From: an uncultured Desulfobacteraceae bacterium | GTDB taxonomy: Bacteria; Desulfobacterota; Desulfobacteria; Desulfobacterales; UBA2156 | Length of the DNA: 56,135 nucleotides | Assembly (NCBI GenBank): GCA_964596535.1 | Contig: CAZQUR010000007.1 | Location: 1-56,135, forward strand | Direction of reading: 5' to 3' | Part shown: positions 18,260 to 26,960 of the stretch, piece after piece | How the letters are laid out: each line of letters starts with the position of its first letter | Position numbering within the stretch: the first letter of the stretch is position 1 | Notes under the pieces: model-generated | Told to the model about the DNA's origin: nothing | Database searches by the model: none | What the model saw: the letters and a program-made list of their open reading frames with translations, nothing else | Made by a program: the position numbers and the translations under genes

Positions 18260-19663
18260 ATGAATCTGTTCGACCCCGTGTTTTTAGCCCGGCTCCAGTT
18301 CGCCTTCACTGTTTCCTTCCATATCCTGTTTCCCGCCTTTACCATCGGCATCGCCTCCTGGCTGGCCGTGGTGGAATGGCGCTGGCTGAAGACCGGAAAC
18401 CCCGTCTATGAAGCGGTCTATCGCATGTGGGTGAAGATTTTCGCCGTCAATTTCGGGATGGGGGTGGTTTCCGGCATCGTGCTGTCGTATCAGTTCGGCA
18501 CCAATTGGTCGGTATTTTCGGACCGCACGGGGAACGTCCTGGGCCCCCTCCTCGGATTTGAGGTGTTGACGGCATTCTTTTTGGAAGCCACGTTTTTGGG
18601 TGTCATGCTCTTCGGATGGAACCGCGTGGGAAAAAAGGTGCATTTCGCCGCCACGGTCATCGTGGCGACGGGGACGCTTATCAGCGCCTTCTGGATCCTG
18701 TCCGCCAACAGCTGGATGCAAACCCCCCAGGGGTTTACAATAGGGGCGGACGGGATCTTATATCCCACCGACTGGATTCAAATCATCTTCAATCCCTCTT
18801 TCCCTTACCGTTTTGTCCATATGGTCACGGCGGCCTATCTCACCACGGCTTTTGTGGTGGGCGGAATCGGGGCGTACTATCTCTGGCGCCGGCGTCATGA
18901 AAAACCGGCCCGGGTGATGCTGGGCATGGCCATGATCATGGCCGTGTTTGTGGCGCCACTGCAGCTTTTCTTCGGGGATCTCCACGGACTGAATACCTTT
19001 GAACATCAGCCGGCCAAGGTCGCGGCCATGGAAGGCCTTTGGGAAACCCGGCGGGGGGCGCCCCTCCTCCTCTTCGGGTGGCCGGATCAGGCGGCGGAGA
19101 CGACCCGTTTCGCCGTGGAAATCCCCAAGCTGTCGAGCCTCATCCTCACCCATGATCTTGACGGTGAAGTGAAGGGATTAAAGGATTTCCCGCCGGAAAA
19201 CCGCCCGCCGGCGGCCTGGGTCTTCTGGTCCTTTCGGATCATGGTGGGAATCGGCCTCCTCATGATCGCCACCGGCGTGGGGGCACTGATTTTATTCCTG
19301 CGCAAACGGCTCTTCGACACACGGTGGTTTCAGCTCTGGTGCATGGCCATGACCCCCGCCGGTTTTCTGGCCGTGTTAACGGGTTGGTGTGTCACGGAGA
19401 TCGGACGGCAACCGTTTCTGGTTTACCATGTGATGCGGACGGCGGAAGCGGTTTCTCCTGTGGGGGCCAAACCGATCATCCTGACCCTCGGCGCCTTTAT
19501 CCTGGTGTATGCCCTCATCTTTGGTGCGGGCACATTTTATATTTTGAAATTGATCGCAAAAGGCCCGGATATGCCGGATGATACGGCCTTCGGATCCCAT
19601 GGCCTCAAAGATCCCCTCCATTTTGGGAGGCAAGGATCATCCACAGGAGGTCCCCATGTTTAG
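18260..19663 (+). CDS. cydA: Cytochrome bd oxidase subunit I (short Q-loop)
   Basis: LARLQFAFTVSFHILFP, FFLEATF, QPAKVAAMEG and EIGRQP motifs. Confidence 0.96.
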   Translation: MNLFDPVFLARLQFAFTVSFHILFPAFTIGIASWLAVVEWRWLKTGNPVYEAVYRMWVKIFAVNFGMGVVSGIVLSYQFGTNWSVFSDRTGNVLGPLLGFEVLTAFFLEATFLGVMLFGWNRVGKKVHFAATVIVATGTLISAFWILSANSWMQTPQGFTIGADGILYPTDWIQIIFNPSFPYRFVHMVTAAYLTTAFVVGGIGAYYLWRRRHEKPARVMLGMAMIMAVFVAPLQLFFGDLHGLNTFEHQPAKVAAMEGLWETRRGAPLLLFGWPDQAAETTRFAVEIPKLSSLILTHDLDGEVKGLKDFPPENRPPAAWVFWSFRIMVGIGLLMIATGVGALILFLRKRLFDTRWFQLWCMAMTPAGFLAVLTGWCVTEIGRQPFLVYHVMRTAEAVSPVGAKPIILTLGAFILVYALIFGAGTFYILKLIAKGPDMPDDTAFGSHGLKDPLHFGRQGSSTGGPHV

Positions 19664-20675
19664 CTTCGAACATCTACTGGATCTGCCTCTGATCTGGTAC
19701 GGCCTCATCGGAACCGCCGTTTTGCTGTATGTCATCCTTGATGGATTCGATCTCGGGGTGGGGATCCTCTTTCCCTTTGCACCGTCGGATCGGTGCCGGG
19801 ACCGGATGATGAATTCCATCGCGCCGTTCTGGGACGGAAACGAGACCTGGCTCGTTTTGGGCGGCGGAGGGCTCTTCGCCGCATTTCCACTGGCCTATGC
19901 CGTCCTGATGCCGGCCTTTTATCTGCCCATCATCTTCATGCTCCTGGGACTTGTCTTCCGGGGAGTGGCGTTCGAATTCCGCTTCAAAGCCGAAGGGTGG
20001 GCGAGAAAAGCCTGGGATTACGCCTTCCACTTCGGATCGCTTTGTGCAGCCTTCATGCAGGGAGCGGTCCTGGGGACCTTTATCCAAGGGGTCGCCGTGA
20101 AGGGAAGGCATTTCGCGGGCGGCGCCTTGGATTGGATAAGCCCGTTCTCGCTCATGACGGGCGCCGCCCTGGTATTCGGTTACGCGTTGCTGGGCGCCAC
20201 GTGGGGAATCATGAAGACCGACGGCGAAACCCAGGAATGGTCTCGAAAGTGCGCCGAATATGTCTGCGTTTTCGTGGCGTTCTTCATGGTCCTGGTGAGT
20301 GTGACCACACCGTTTCTCCACGAGCGGTTCAGGACATTATGGCTCAGCCGCCCCAACCTGTTCTACCTGGCTCCTTTGCCGCTGCTGACACTGGGCATGT
20401 TCATCCTGCTGTGGCGGGACCTGGTTAAAAAAAACGAATACCGGCCGTTTTTCGTGAGCATCGGTATTTTTCTGACCCATTATCTGGGGCTGGGCATCAG
20501 CCTGTGGCCCTGGATCGTCCCTTTTCAGTTCACCCTGTGGGACGCGGCGGCGGCACCGGCATCGCAATCCCTTCTCCTGGCGGGGACCCTCTTTTTGCTC
20601 CCCCTGGTTTTGGGGTATACCGCGTACAGTTTTTATACCTTCCGGGGAAAGGCCTCCCACGAAGGGTATTATTGA
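19656..20675 (+). CDS. cydB: Cytochrome bd oxidase subunit II
   Basis: YVILDGFDLGVG, PFWDGNETWLV and RGVAFEFR motifs; overlaps the cydA stop. Confidence 0.96.
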   Translation: MFSFEHLLDLPLIWYGLIGTAVLLYVILDGFDLGVGILFPFAPSDRCRDRMMNSIAPFWDGNETWLVLGGGGLFAAFPLAYAVLMPAFYLPIIFMLLGLVFRGVAFEFRFKAEGWARKAWDYAFHFGSLCAAFMQGAVLGTFIQGVAVKGRHFAGGALDWISPFSLMTGAALVFGYALLGATWGIMKTDGETQEWSRKCAEYVCVFVAFFMVLVSVTTPFLHERFRTLWLSRPNLFYLAPLPLLTLGMFILLWRDLVKKNEYRPFFVSIGIFLTHYLGLGISLWPWIVPFQFTLWDAAAAPASQSLLLAGTLFLLPLVLGYTAYSFYTFRGKASHEGYY

Positions 20676-21343
20676 GGGTCGCCGATACCCGTCCGAATCC
20701 GGACCCGGGGACCGGCACCCCCTGCGCTTTGCCAATCCCGGGTCAGACACAGCCGGTCCAACAGATGCAGTTTCTTTTGCTTTTTTAACCGGTAATAAAT
20801 CATCATCCAGGCACACGGCGTGTGGGGGTCGATTTCACAGGCACCGTTCTGGGAGCCTCCGCACGGACCGTTGAGCAGGCTTTTGGCGCACCGGGCGATG
20901 GGGCAGATGCCGCCGGTGTGAGAAAGAAGGCAATCCCCGCACCCCCGGCAGACTTCCTGCCAGACGCCGGGCTTTTGGGACGCCCCGTAAAAGGTGGTGT
21001 TGAGGGCCGGAAGGACAGGCAGCGGCTCAAAAGCATCCCCGAGGGTCTGCACCCCTGCCCCGCAAGCCAAAGAGAGGACGGCGTCGATGTCCGGGGCCAC
21101 CTCCTGGTAAGCGCTCACCAAATCCTGCTCGCATTGCCGCAGAATGGATCCCGTCCTGAGTTCCGGGGGATCCTCCGCATAATGCATGGGATGGGAAAGC
21201 TCCCTGGCCAGTTGCCGCGCTTCGCGCTCTCCCCCGGAAAGACACACGGTGACGCAGCTTCCGCATCCCAGAACCAGGATCTTTCGGTAACCTGCGATCA
21301 TCGCGGCGATCTCGTCTGCGGGCTTCAAATCCCCGACGATCAT
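20669..21343 (-). CDS. metV: MetV-like protein (methylene-THF reductase C-terminal Cys-rich domain)
   Basis: GCGSCVTVC, RQCE, LACGAGVQ and CRGCGDCLLSHTGGICPIARCAKSLLNGPCGG motifs. Confidence 0.85.
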   Translation of the reverse strand: MIVGDLKPADEIAAMIAGYRKILVLGCGSCVTVCLSGGEREARQLARELSHPMHYAEDPPELRTGSILRQCEQDLVSAYQEVAPDIDAVLSLACGAGVQTLGDAFEPLPVLPALNTTFYGASQKPGVWQEVCRGCGDCLLSHTGGICPIARCAKSLLNGPCGGSQNGACEIDPHTPCAWMMIYYRLKKQKKLHLLDRLCLTRDWQSAGGAGPRVRIRTGIGDPQ

Positions 21344-21744
21344 GACGACACCTCTTCCTTTTTATGTTCCCCCGGGAGGTAAGCCGCCCGGGCCAGGCCG
21401 TCGAGGGCTTCCCGGTGCCTGGGGCAAAGGGGTTTCATCTCCCATTTTATTTTTTTCGATACGGTCTCTGAAAACGGTGCGGTATAAACGGGCGCGTTGC
21501 AAACGGTACACCGGAGGAGATCGAGCGTGGTCACGGCATCCCAGTCCCCATGCAGTAGATGCTGGAATTCGATGGCATCCTGGGGGCATACCCGCCAGCA
21601 GTTCCCGCACCGGGCGCATCGGGCCATGTTATGCAGCAGGGTGCGGTGATCCTGGGTATCCCTTGCACTCAAGGCGTCTGCGGGACAGTTTTCCACACAG
21701 GCCAGGCAGCCGTTGCACCGCTGGTTTACCCGGAAATAAGCCAT
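21340..21744 (-). CDS. 2[4Fe-4S] ferredoxin-like protein with an extra C-terminal Cys motif
   Basis: CNGCLACVENCP, CARCGNCWRVCP, then CTVC...CPRH; GGAG RBS. Confidence 0.85.
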   Translation of the reverse strand: MAYFRVNQRCNGCLACVENCPADALSARDTQDHRTLLHNMARCARCGNCWRVCPQDAIEFQHLLHGDWDAVTTLDLLRCTVCNAPVYTAPFSETVSKKIKWEMKPLCPRHREALDGLARAAYLPGEHKKEEVSS

Positions 21745-22223
21745 GGTCCGTTCTCCTTTACCCCGATCCTGATCCGCGCCGCATGACGGATGTGTCCATA
21801 CGGCACGCGTTCGACGGGGACATACGTCAAGGCGCCGGGATAACAGAACCGGACACATTGAGGATCCCCGCCGCAAAGATCGCATTTAAAAATTTTCTGC
21901 CGCAAGGGATCAAACCCCATGGCCCCGAAGGGGCACGCGGCCATACACATCCGGCAGCTGATGCACCGGCCGTAATCCACCATCACCCGATCAAGAAGGT
22001 TGTCCCGGTAAATGGCGTCCCTGGGACAGGCCGTCATGCAGGGGGCGTCTTCACATTGCCGGCAGGCCATCGGAACAAAAAAAGGTTCTCGGTTCCATTG
22101 GAATATCCGGATACGGGAAAGACGCGGATTCGCCGATGCGCTGCATCGGATGGCGCAAACGATTTCGCACGCCATGCAGCCCGTGCACCTTTGAGGATCG
22201 ATGTGGAGCATTTTATCGGTCAC
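21726..22223 (-). CDS. 4Fe-4S dicluster electron-transfer subunit (AOR small-subunit / DmsB type)
   Basis: CTGCMACEIVC, CRQCEDAPCMTACP, CISCRMCMAACP and KCDLCGGDPQCVRFC; paralog of 26961-27467. Confidence 0.9.
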   Translation of the reverse strand: MTDKMLHIDPQRCTGCMACEIVCAIRCSASANPRLSRIRIFQWNREPFFVPMACRQCEDAPCMTACPRDAIYRDNLLDRVMVDYGRCISCRMCMAACPFGAMGFDPLRQKIFKCDLCGGDPQCVRFCYPGALTYVPVERVPYGHIRHAARIRIGVKENGPWLISG

Positions 22224-23403
22224 GGCGTTTCTCCTGTCCGCGCATCTTATGCCAGAGGTCTTCGATGCCAAGCGTCCTGAACACCTTTAACCGCATCAAC
22301 GAACGCTTGTCCCATCCCTTGTACGCGGGGTTTTTCGGCCCGCGTGAAAACGGCGTTGTCCTGGAATCATATTGTTCGTCTCTTATTCGAATCAAGCGGT
22401 TCAGGGCGTGGACCCGAAACGCCGCATCCACCAGCTGGGCCTCGCTGAACACGAGCCCTGAAGCAAACCGGATCAGGGTTCCGATGACCTTCAGCACTTC
22501 GGTTTCGGATACGGTTTCCGGGGCCCGCAAAAACCCCAGTCCCAGACAATATGCGATGGACTCGAAAACCGCATCGCTCGGCAGGCGCATCCCTTTTTTT
22601 TCAAAGAAGCATCCCCTTTCTTGAAAAACCCCCGCTGCTGTTCTCCTTTCGCCGGTGTTCTTCGTCTCCGGGCCTGTCTTTGGAAGCCTCTCATGAAAAT
22701 GGGATGGATCCGGAAGCACGGTCCATTGTTCCAGAATTTCCTTTAAAAGGTCCAATAATTCCTGCGGGTGTTTCACAGGAAGATCTTGGGTGCCGGCGCA
22801 GATCACGGCTTTTACGTTTTTCGCCCCCAGGGACGCACCGGCGCCCGATGCACCGGAAACCCGTCCGTCATGGGTGACAACCGTTGCGCCGTGCAACCGG
22901 TTTTCTCCATCCGGACCGATGGCCAGCCCTCGGATGCTTCTGGGGCCTTCCTTCCTTCGGATACGTTCCAGGGATTCGGCGGCATCGGTTTTCTTCAACG
23001 CCCCGGCGCTTTCCAGCGTGATGCCGCCGTTTCGAAGGGCGATAAAGATCGGGCGTCTGGCTTTCCCGGTCAAAACGACATGATCGAACCCCGCCCACCG
23101 CATGCCGGCACCGAATCCGCCCGGAATCGCCGCGGATTCGAATCGGTACGTCAATGGAAACCGGGTGGAAAATGCAGCGCTTTCCATGGGGCCTCCCCCA
23201 AACCCGGAAAGGATCCCCGATCCCAAAACGATGGTATCGTTGGAATCCAAAGGCGGAACGCCGCTTTCAGAATGTCGAAGAAACAGATCGGCGTTGATCC
23301 CCTCACCGCCCAAAAAGCGGAATCGCCGGTCACGCGTGAGGGTTTCCACCGTCACATCTTTTTTGTTCAAATCGATATATCCGATTGTGCCTACAGGCTC
23401 CAT
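22213..23403 (-). CDS. Degenerate, internally deleted AOR-family protein (396 aa)
   Basis: AOR N-terminal domain recognisable (FLGGEG, GGFGAGMRWAGFDHVVLTGKA, IGPDGEN, LGAKNVKAV). C-terminal remnant aligns with the intact AOR; the CxxCxxxC region is absent. Good AAGGAG RBS. Confidence 0.75.
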   Translation of the reverse strand: MEPVGTIGYIDLNKKDVTVETLTRDRRFRFLGGEGINADLFLRHSESGVPPLDSNDTIVLGSGILSGFGGGPMESAAFSTRFPLTYRFESAAIPGGFGAGMRWAGFDHVVLTGKARRPIFIALRNGGITLESAGALKKTDAAESLERIRRKEGPRSIRGLAIGPDGENRLHGATVVTHDGRVSGASGAGASLGAKNVKAVICAGTQDLPVKHPQELLDLLKEILEQWTVLPDPSHFHERLPKTGPETKNTGERRTAAGVFQERGCFFEKKGMRLPSDAVFESIAYCLGLGFLRAPETVSETEVLKVIGTLIRFASGLVFSEAQLVDAAFRVHALNRLIRIRDEQYDSRTTPFSRGPKNPAYKGWDKRSLMRLKVFRTLGIEDLWHKMRGQEKRRDR

Positions 23404-23523
23404 CAGCGCTCCTTTTTCACTGTGGCGTCCCCCGCCCTGACGCGGGATTGCGGGAAGCATTCCGGCAAAACACATGCATCATCTTGAATTCGCCTAAAAA
23501 CCGAATCGATCCGTTTTCTCTTC

Positions 23524-24294
23524 TCACCGAGCGGCATCGGCTGTTTTGATCTTTTCACCGATCTCCCGCGCGGCGTAAAGGGTTTCTTCCACTAAAAGGG
23601 CCATTTTTTTCGCATCGATGCGGGGCTTGAATCCGACCACCCAAATGGCGGCGCTGAGGGTGCGGGTCCCCTGGATGGCGGCGGCCACGGCCCGGACACC
23701 GGGAATGTATTCCTCGTCGTCCGTGGCGTACCCGGTCCTGCGGGCCTTTCGGATTTCCTCCATGAATCGCATGGGATTGATGATGGTATGTTTCGTGAAA
23801 CGCGGAAGTCCTTTTATGCGGATCAACTCCGCCGCCTGTTCTTCGGGCATGGATGCCATGAAGACCTTCCCGGCGGCCCCGGCAAAAAGCGGAATCCGGG
23901 ATCCCACAGGAGCAGTGATCTTCAAGTCCTGCATGGATTCGACAATATCCAGGATGGTGAGATGCGCTTTGTTTCTCACCCCTAAAAAGACCGATTCCTG
24001 AACCCGTTCCATGAGGGTCTCCATGTCGGGCCGGGCGATCTCTTTGACATCAATGCGGGAATAAGCGGCCCGCCCCAGTTCGAAAAGGGTGACTCCCAGG
24101 GTGTAGGTCTTGGTTTTTGGATCCCGGACCACCGCCCCGAGGTCCTCCAGGGCATTCAAGATGCCGAAGACCGTGCTCTTGCCGATGGAAAGCTGTTTCG
24201 AAAGCTCGCTGATCCCCATCCCCTGCCGGTTCTTGGAAACGGCCCTGAGGATTTGGAACGCTTTTTTGACGGTCGGCGCCTGGTATGCATTCAA
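23524..24294 (-). CDS. IclR-family transcriptional regulator
   Basis: APTVKKAFQIL, HTH ISELSKQLSIGKSTVFGIL, GAAGKVF and GYATDDEEYIPGVRAVAA motifs. Confidence 0.93.
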   Translation of the reverse strand: MNAYQAPTVKKAFQILRAVSKNRQGMGISELSKQLSIGKSTVFGILNALEDLGAVVRDPKTKTYTLGVTLFELGRAAYSRIDVKEIARPDMETLMERVQESVFLGVRNKAHLTILDIVESMQDLKITAPVGSRIPLFAGAAGKVFMASMPEEQAAELIRIKGLPRFTKHTIINPMRFMEEIRKARRTGYATDDEEYIPGVRAVAAAIQGTRTLSAAIWVVGFKPRIDAKKMALLVEETLYAAREIGEKIKTADAAR

Positions 24295-24299
24295 TGTTC

Positions 24300-24315
24300 G
24301 TTCACCATAATGAAC
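24300..24315. promoter_or_regulatory. Palindromic operator 1 (GTTCACCATAATGAAC)
   Basis: GTTCA-N6-TGAAC between the minus-strand promoter (TTGACA at 24355-24350) and the iclR start codon. Confidence 0.7.
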
Positions 24316-24540
24316 AGATTTATTTATTCTTACCCTGAAGAATCGGTTTTGTCAACACGGATATGCATTTTTTTTACAAATTATACCACTTTGTATATCT
24401 TTGGTGGATCGGCAGCGACTGACGAGTCCTTGCCGGAAGCAATCATATCATCTACAACCTATTAATATAATATCTTAAATAACTTTTATGGATCTCCGAT
24501 TTCAAAATTTTCATCGCATTTTGGGTATGATGATTTTCTC

Positions 24541-24569
24541 TTGACAACGGGATTTATTTTGGTATGAAT
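24541..24569 (+). promoter_or_regulatory. Candidate sigma70 promoter of the AOR operon
   Basis: Perfect TTGACA followed 16 nt later by TATGAAT. Confidence 0.55.
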
Positions 24570-24582
24570 GGATCCGGGCTCT

Positions 24583-24598
24583 GTTCACTATAATGAAC
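24583..24598. promoter_or_regulatory. Palindromic operator 2 (GTTCACTATAATGAAC)
   Basis: 15/16 identical to operator 1; just downstream of the plus-strand promoter. Confidence 0.7.
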
Positions 24599-24692
24599 TG
24601 TTATGAGACAGGGTCGAAGGCCGCGGGGACGGACCCGAAGCCCGTGGAATCCGGAAACCGCCGTATCTCGACCCGTTCGGAAAGGAGTCACC

Positions 24693-24986
24693 ATGCCATT
24701 AGAAAACACGAAACCGTCCGCCGCCGAAGCGCTGAGACAAACACGGACGTTCGGAAAGGTCCGATGCCACAACCCGAGTTGCATGGGAAGAATCCAACCG
24801 GAACCGGGCGCCCGGCTGGTGAAATGTGCCACCTGCGGAATGGAATATCGTTTGTATTGGGTCACTCCGACACTCCCGCGAATCCGGGGTCCGGTCTGGG
24901 ATGTAAACCGGGAAATCGCCGAAAAAACCTTTGCGGAAAAACAGGCCGTCACAAAGCCGACGGCAGGGAAAATGAAAGGAAAATAA
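24693..24986 (+). CDS. Small zinc-ribbon-like hypothetical protein
   Basis: GGAAAGGAG RBS; CHNPSC...CATC; stop 1 nt before the AOR ATG. Confidence 0.75.
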   Translation: MPLENTKPSAAEALRQTRTFGKVRCHNPSCMGRIQPEPGARLVKCATCGMEYRLYWVTPTLPRIRGPVWDVNREIAEKTFAEKQAVTKPTAGKMKGK

Positions 24987-24987
24987 A

Positions 24988-26928
24988 ATGTCGCTGGACA
25001 GGAAAATCGCCCACATCAATCTGACCACCGGGGATATCGATGTCAAACCCATTCCGTTGAATGTCCGAAAACAATTCATCGGGGGAAGGGGGCTCGATGC
25101 CTATCTGTTGTATAATTATGCTCCCAAAGGGGTGGATCCCCTGGCACCCGAGAATCCCCTGATCATCAGCGCCGGTCTGCTGACGGCCACCTGTGCCTCC
25201 GCTACGGCACGAACCCATGTCATGGCCAAATCCCCGTTGACCGGGTTACTGGGAAGCACCAACATGGGAGGGTTTTTCGCCCCCGAACTGGCCTGGGCCG
25301 GATTCCACCATCTGGTCATCACGGGAAAGGCCGACAAACCGGTGTATCTTTTCATTCACAACGCAAACATCGAGATCCGGGATGCATCGGGCCTCTGGGG
25401 AAAGACCACCACCGATACCCAGTGGGCCGTCCGGGAAGCACTCGGGGATGACGAAGTCAAAAGCCTTGTCATCGGTCCGGCAGGGGAAAACCGGGTCCGT
25501 TTTGCCAATGTCATGACCGGGATCAAAAATTCCGGGGGGCGGACCGGTATGGGCTGCGTCATGGGTGCCAAGAATCTCAAGGCTGTGGCCGCCCGGGGAA
25601 CCTTGGATATCAAGATCGCCCACCCCATGGATGCGCTGGAATATAACAAGCGCTTCATCGACCAGATTACCAGCGCAAAAGTGAACCAGACCCAGGGGAC
25701 CCTGGGAACGCCTTTCATCTGGGGCGCCACCAATTGCTGGGGCGGCCTCCGGACGCGGAATTTCCAGTACAACCAGCTGGAATACGCCGATGACATCGAA
25801 CCGGAACGGCTGGATGAAATCGCCACGGAAACCATCGGGCCCCATCATATGACAGGGTGCTTTGCCTGCCAGGTGCATTGCCGCGCCCAATACAAAATCC
25901 CGTCCGGACCGTATGCCGGCAAATACGACGAGGGTCCGGAATACACCTCCTTGGGGGCCTTCGGCGCGGAACCGGGATGCACCTCCGCCGAGACCGTCTT
26001 GACCGGGAATCACCTGGTGAATCAATTCGGTATGGACAACCTGGAAACCGGTTCCATGATCGCCTGGGCCATGGAGCTCTACGAGGAAGGGATCCTGACG
26101 GAGAAACACACCGACGGACTCGATCTGCGGTTTGGAAATGACGCGGCGCTCCTGGAGATGGTGGACCGCATCTGCTACCGGAAAGGCTGGCTGGGGGACA
26201 CCCTGGCCGACGGCGGGATTCCCGCGGCGGAAAAAATCGGCAAGAATGCCTTTGATTCCCTGATCCAGGTCAAGGGGATGAACAACCTCCATTCCGATGA
26301 ACGCGCCACTCCGGCCCTGGCCCTGAACATCGCCACCGCCTCCCGGGGGAGCGATCATCTGCGCAGCCGCCCCGCCATCGACTTGTATCATCTCCCCGAA
26401 GGGGTTTTACGGAAAATTTACGGGACGCCGATTCCGTATGACGGCCCGTTGAGCTCCGAACACACTTCCTACGAAGGAAAGGCATGGATGGTCTTCTGGC
26501 AGGAAAACTGCTACATGGCCGTGGACTGCCTCGGGATTTGCAAATATCACACCACCTTCCTCGGGGCCACCCTCCCCAACTTCGAAGACTGGCCGAAAGT
26601 CATCTACTACAATACGGGTCTTGAATTCACGCCGGAAGAGCTGTGGACCATTGCCGAGCGGTGCAACATGATCGAACGCATGTATAATATCCGGGAAGGA
26701 TTGTCCCGGAACGATCTGAAAAAGGGGGACACCCTGAACCATCGATACTTTGACGAACCCTGCAAGCGGGGGGCACCGGACGTGATCGGCATGAGCATCG
26801 ATCGCGAGAAATTCGAAAAGATGCTCGATGAATTTTACGATTACAAGGGATTGGACAAAAACGGAAAGCCAAAAGCGGCGACGCTGAAGCGCCTGGGGCT
26901 GGATCGCGAGCCCTCCCGGCTGCTGTAG
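24988..26928 (+). CDS. aor: Aldehyde:ferredoxin oxidoreductase family (W-bis-pterin) protein
   Basis: KSPLTG, GGRTGMGCVMGAKNLKA, GCFACQVHC, GPEYTS, GMDNLETG, RGSDHLR and DCLGIC motifs; 646 aa. Confidence 0.93.
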   Translation: MSLDRKIAHINLTTGDIDVKPIPLNVRKQFIGGRGLDAYLLYNYAPKGVDPLAPENPLIISAGLLTATCASATARTHVMAKSPLTGLLGSTNMGGFFAPELAWAGFHHLVITGKADKPVYLFIHNANIEIRDASGLWGKTTTDTQWAVREALGDDEVKSLVIGPAGENRVRFANVMTGIKNSGGRTGMGCVMGAKNLKAVAARGTLDIKIAHPMDALEYNKRFIDQITSAKVNQTQGTLGTPFIWGATNCWGGLRTRNFQYNQLEYADDIEPERLDEIATETIGPHHMTGCFACQVHCRAQYKIPSGPYAGKYDEGPEYTSLGAFGAEPGCTSAETVLTGNHLVNQFGMDNLETGSMIAWAMELYEEGILTEKHTDGLDLRFGNDAALLEMVDRICYRKGWLGDTLADGGIPAAEKIGKNAFDSLIQVKGMNNLHSDERATPALALNIATASRGSDHLRSRPAIDLYHLPEGVLRKIYGTPIPYDGPLSSEHTSYEGKAWMVFWQENCYMAVDCLGICKYHTTFLGATLPNFEDWPKVIYYNTGLEFTPEELWTIAERCNMIERMYNIREGLSRNDLKKGDTLNHRYFDEPCKRGAPDVIGMSIDREKFEKMLDEFYDYKGLDKNGKPKAATLKRLGLDREPSRLL

Positions 26929-26960
26929 ACCGATTCCCATTTATAGGAAAGGAGGGGTTC

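Noticed and set aside
24599-24690. Firm Moco/Wco riboswitch call
   Set aside because: The matching GGAAAGGAG is this genome's ordinary SD (also at ~16140 and ~26946) and the 5' half of the motif is not recognisable; kept only as a weak finding.
24988-26928. Calling the AOR-family gene bamB (class II benzoyl-CoA reductase)
   Set aside because: No bamD-I genes nearby, and I cannot verify BamB-specific residues by eye; needs a phylogeny.
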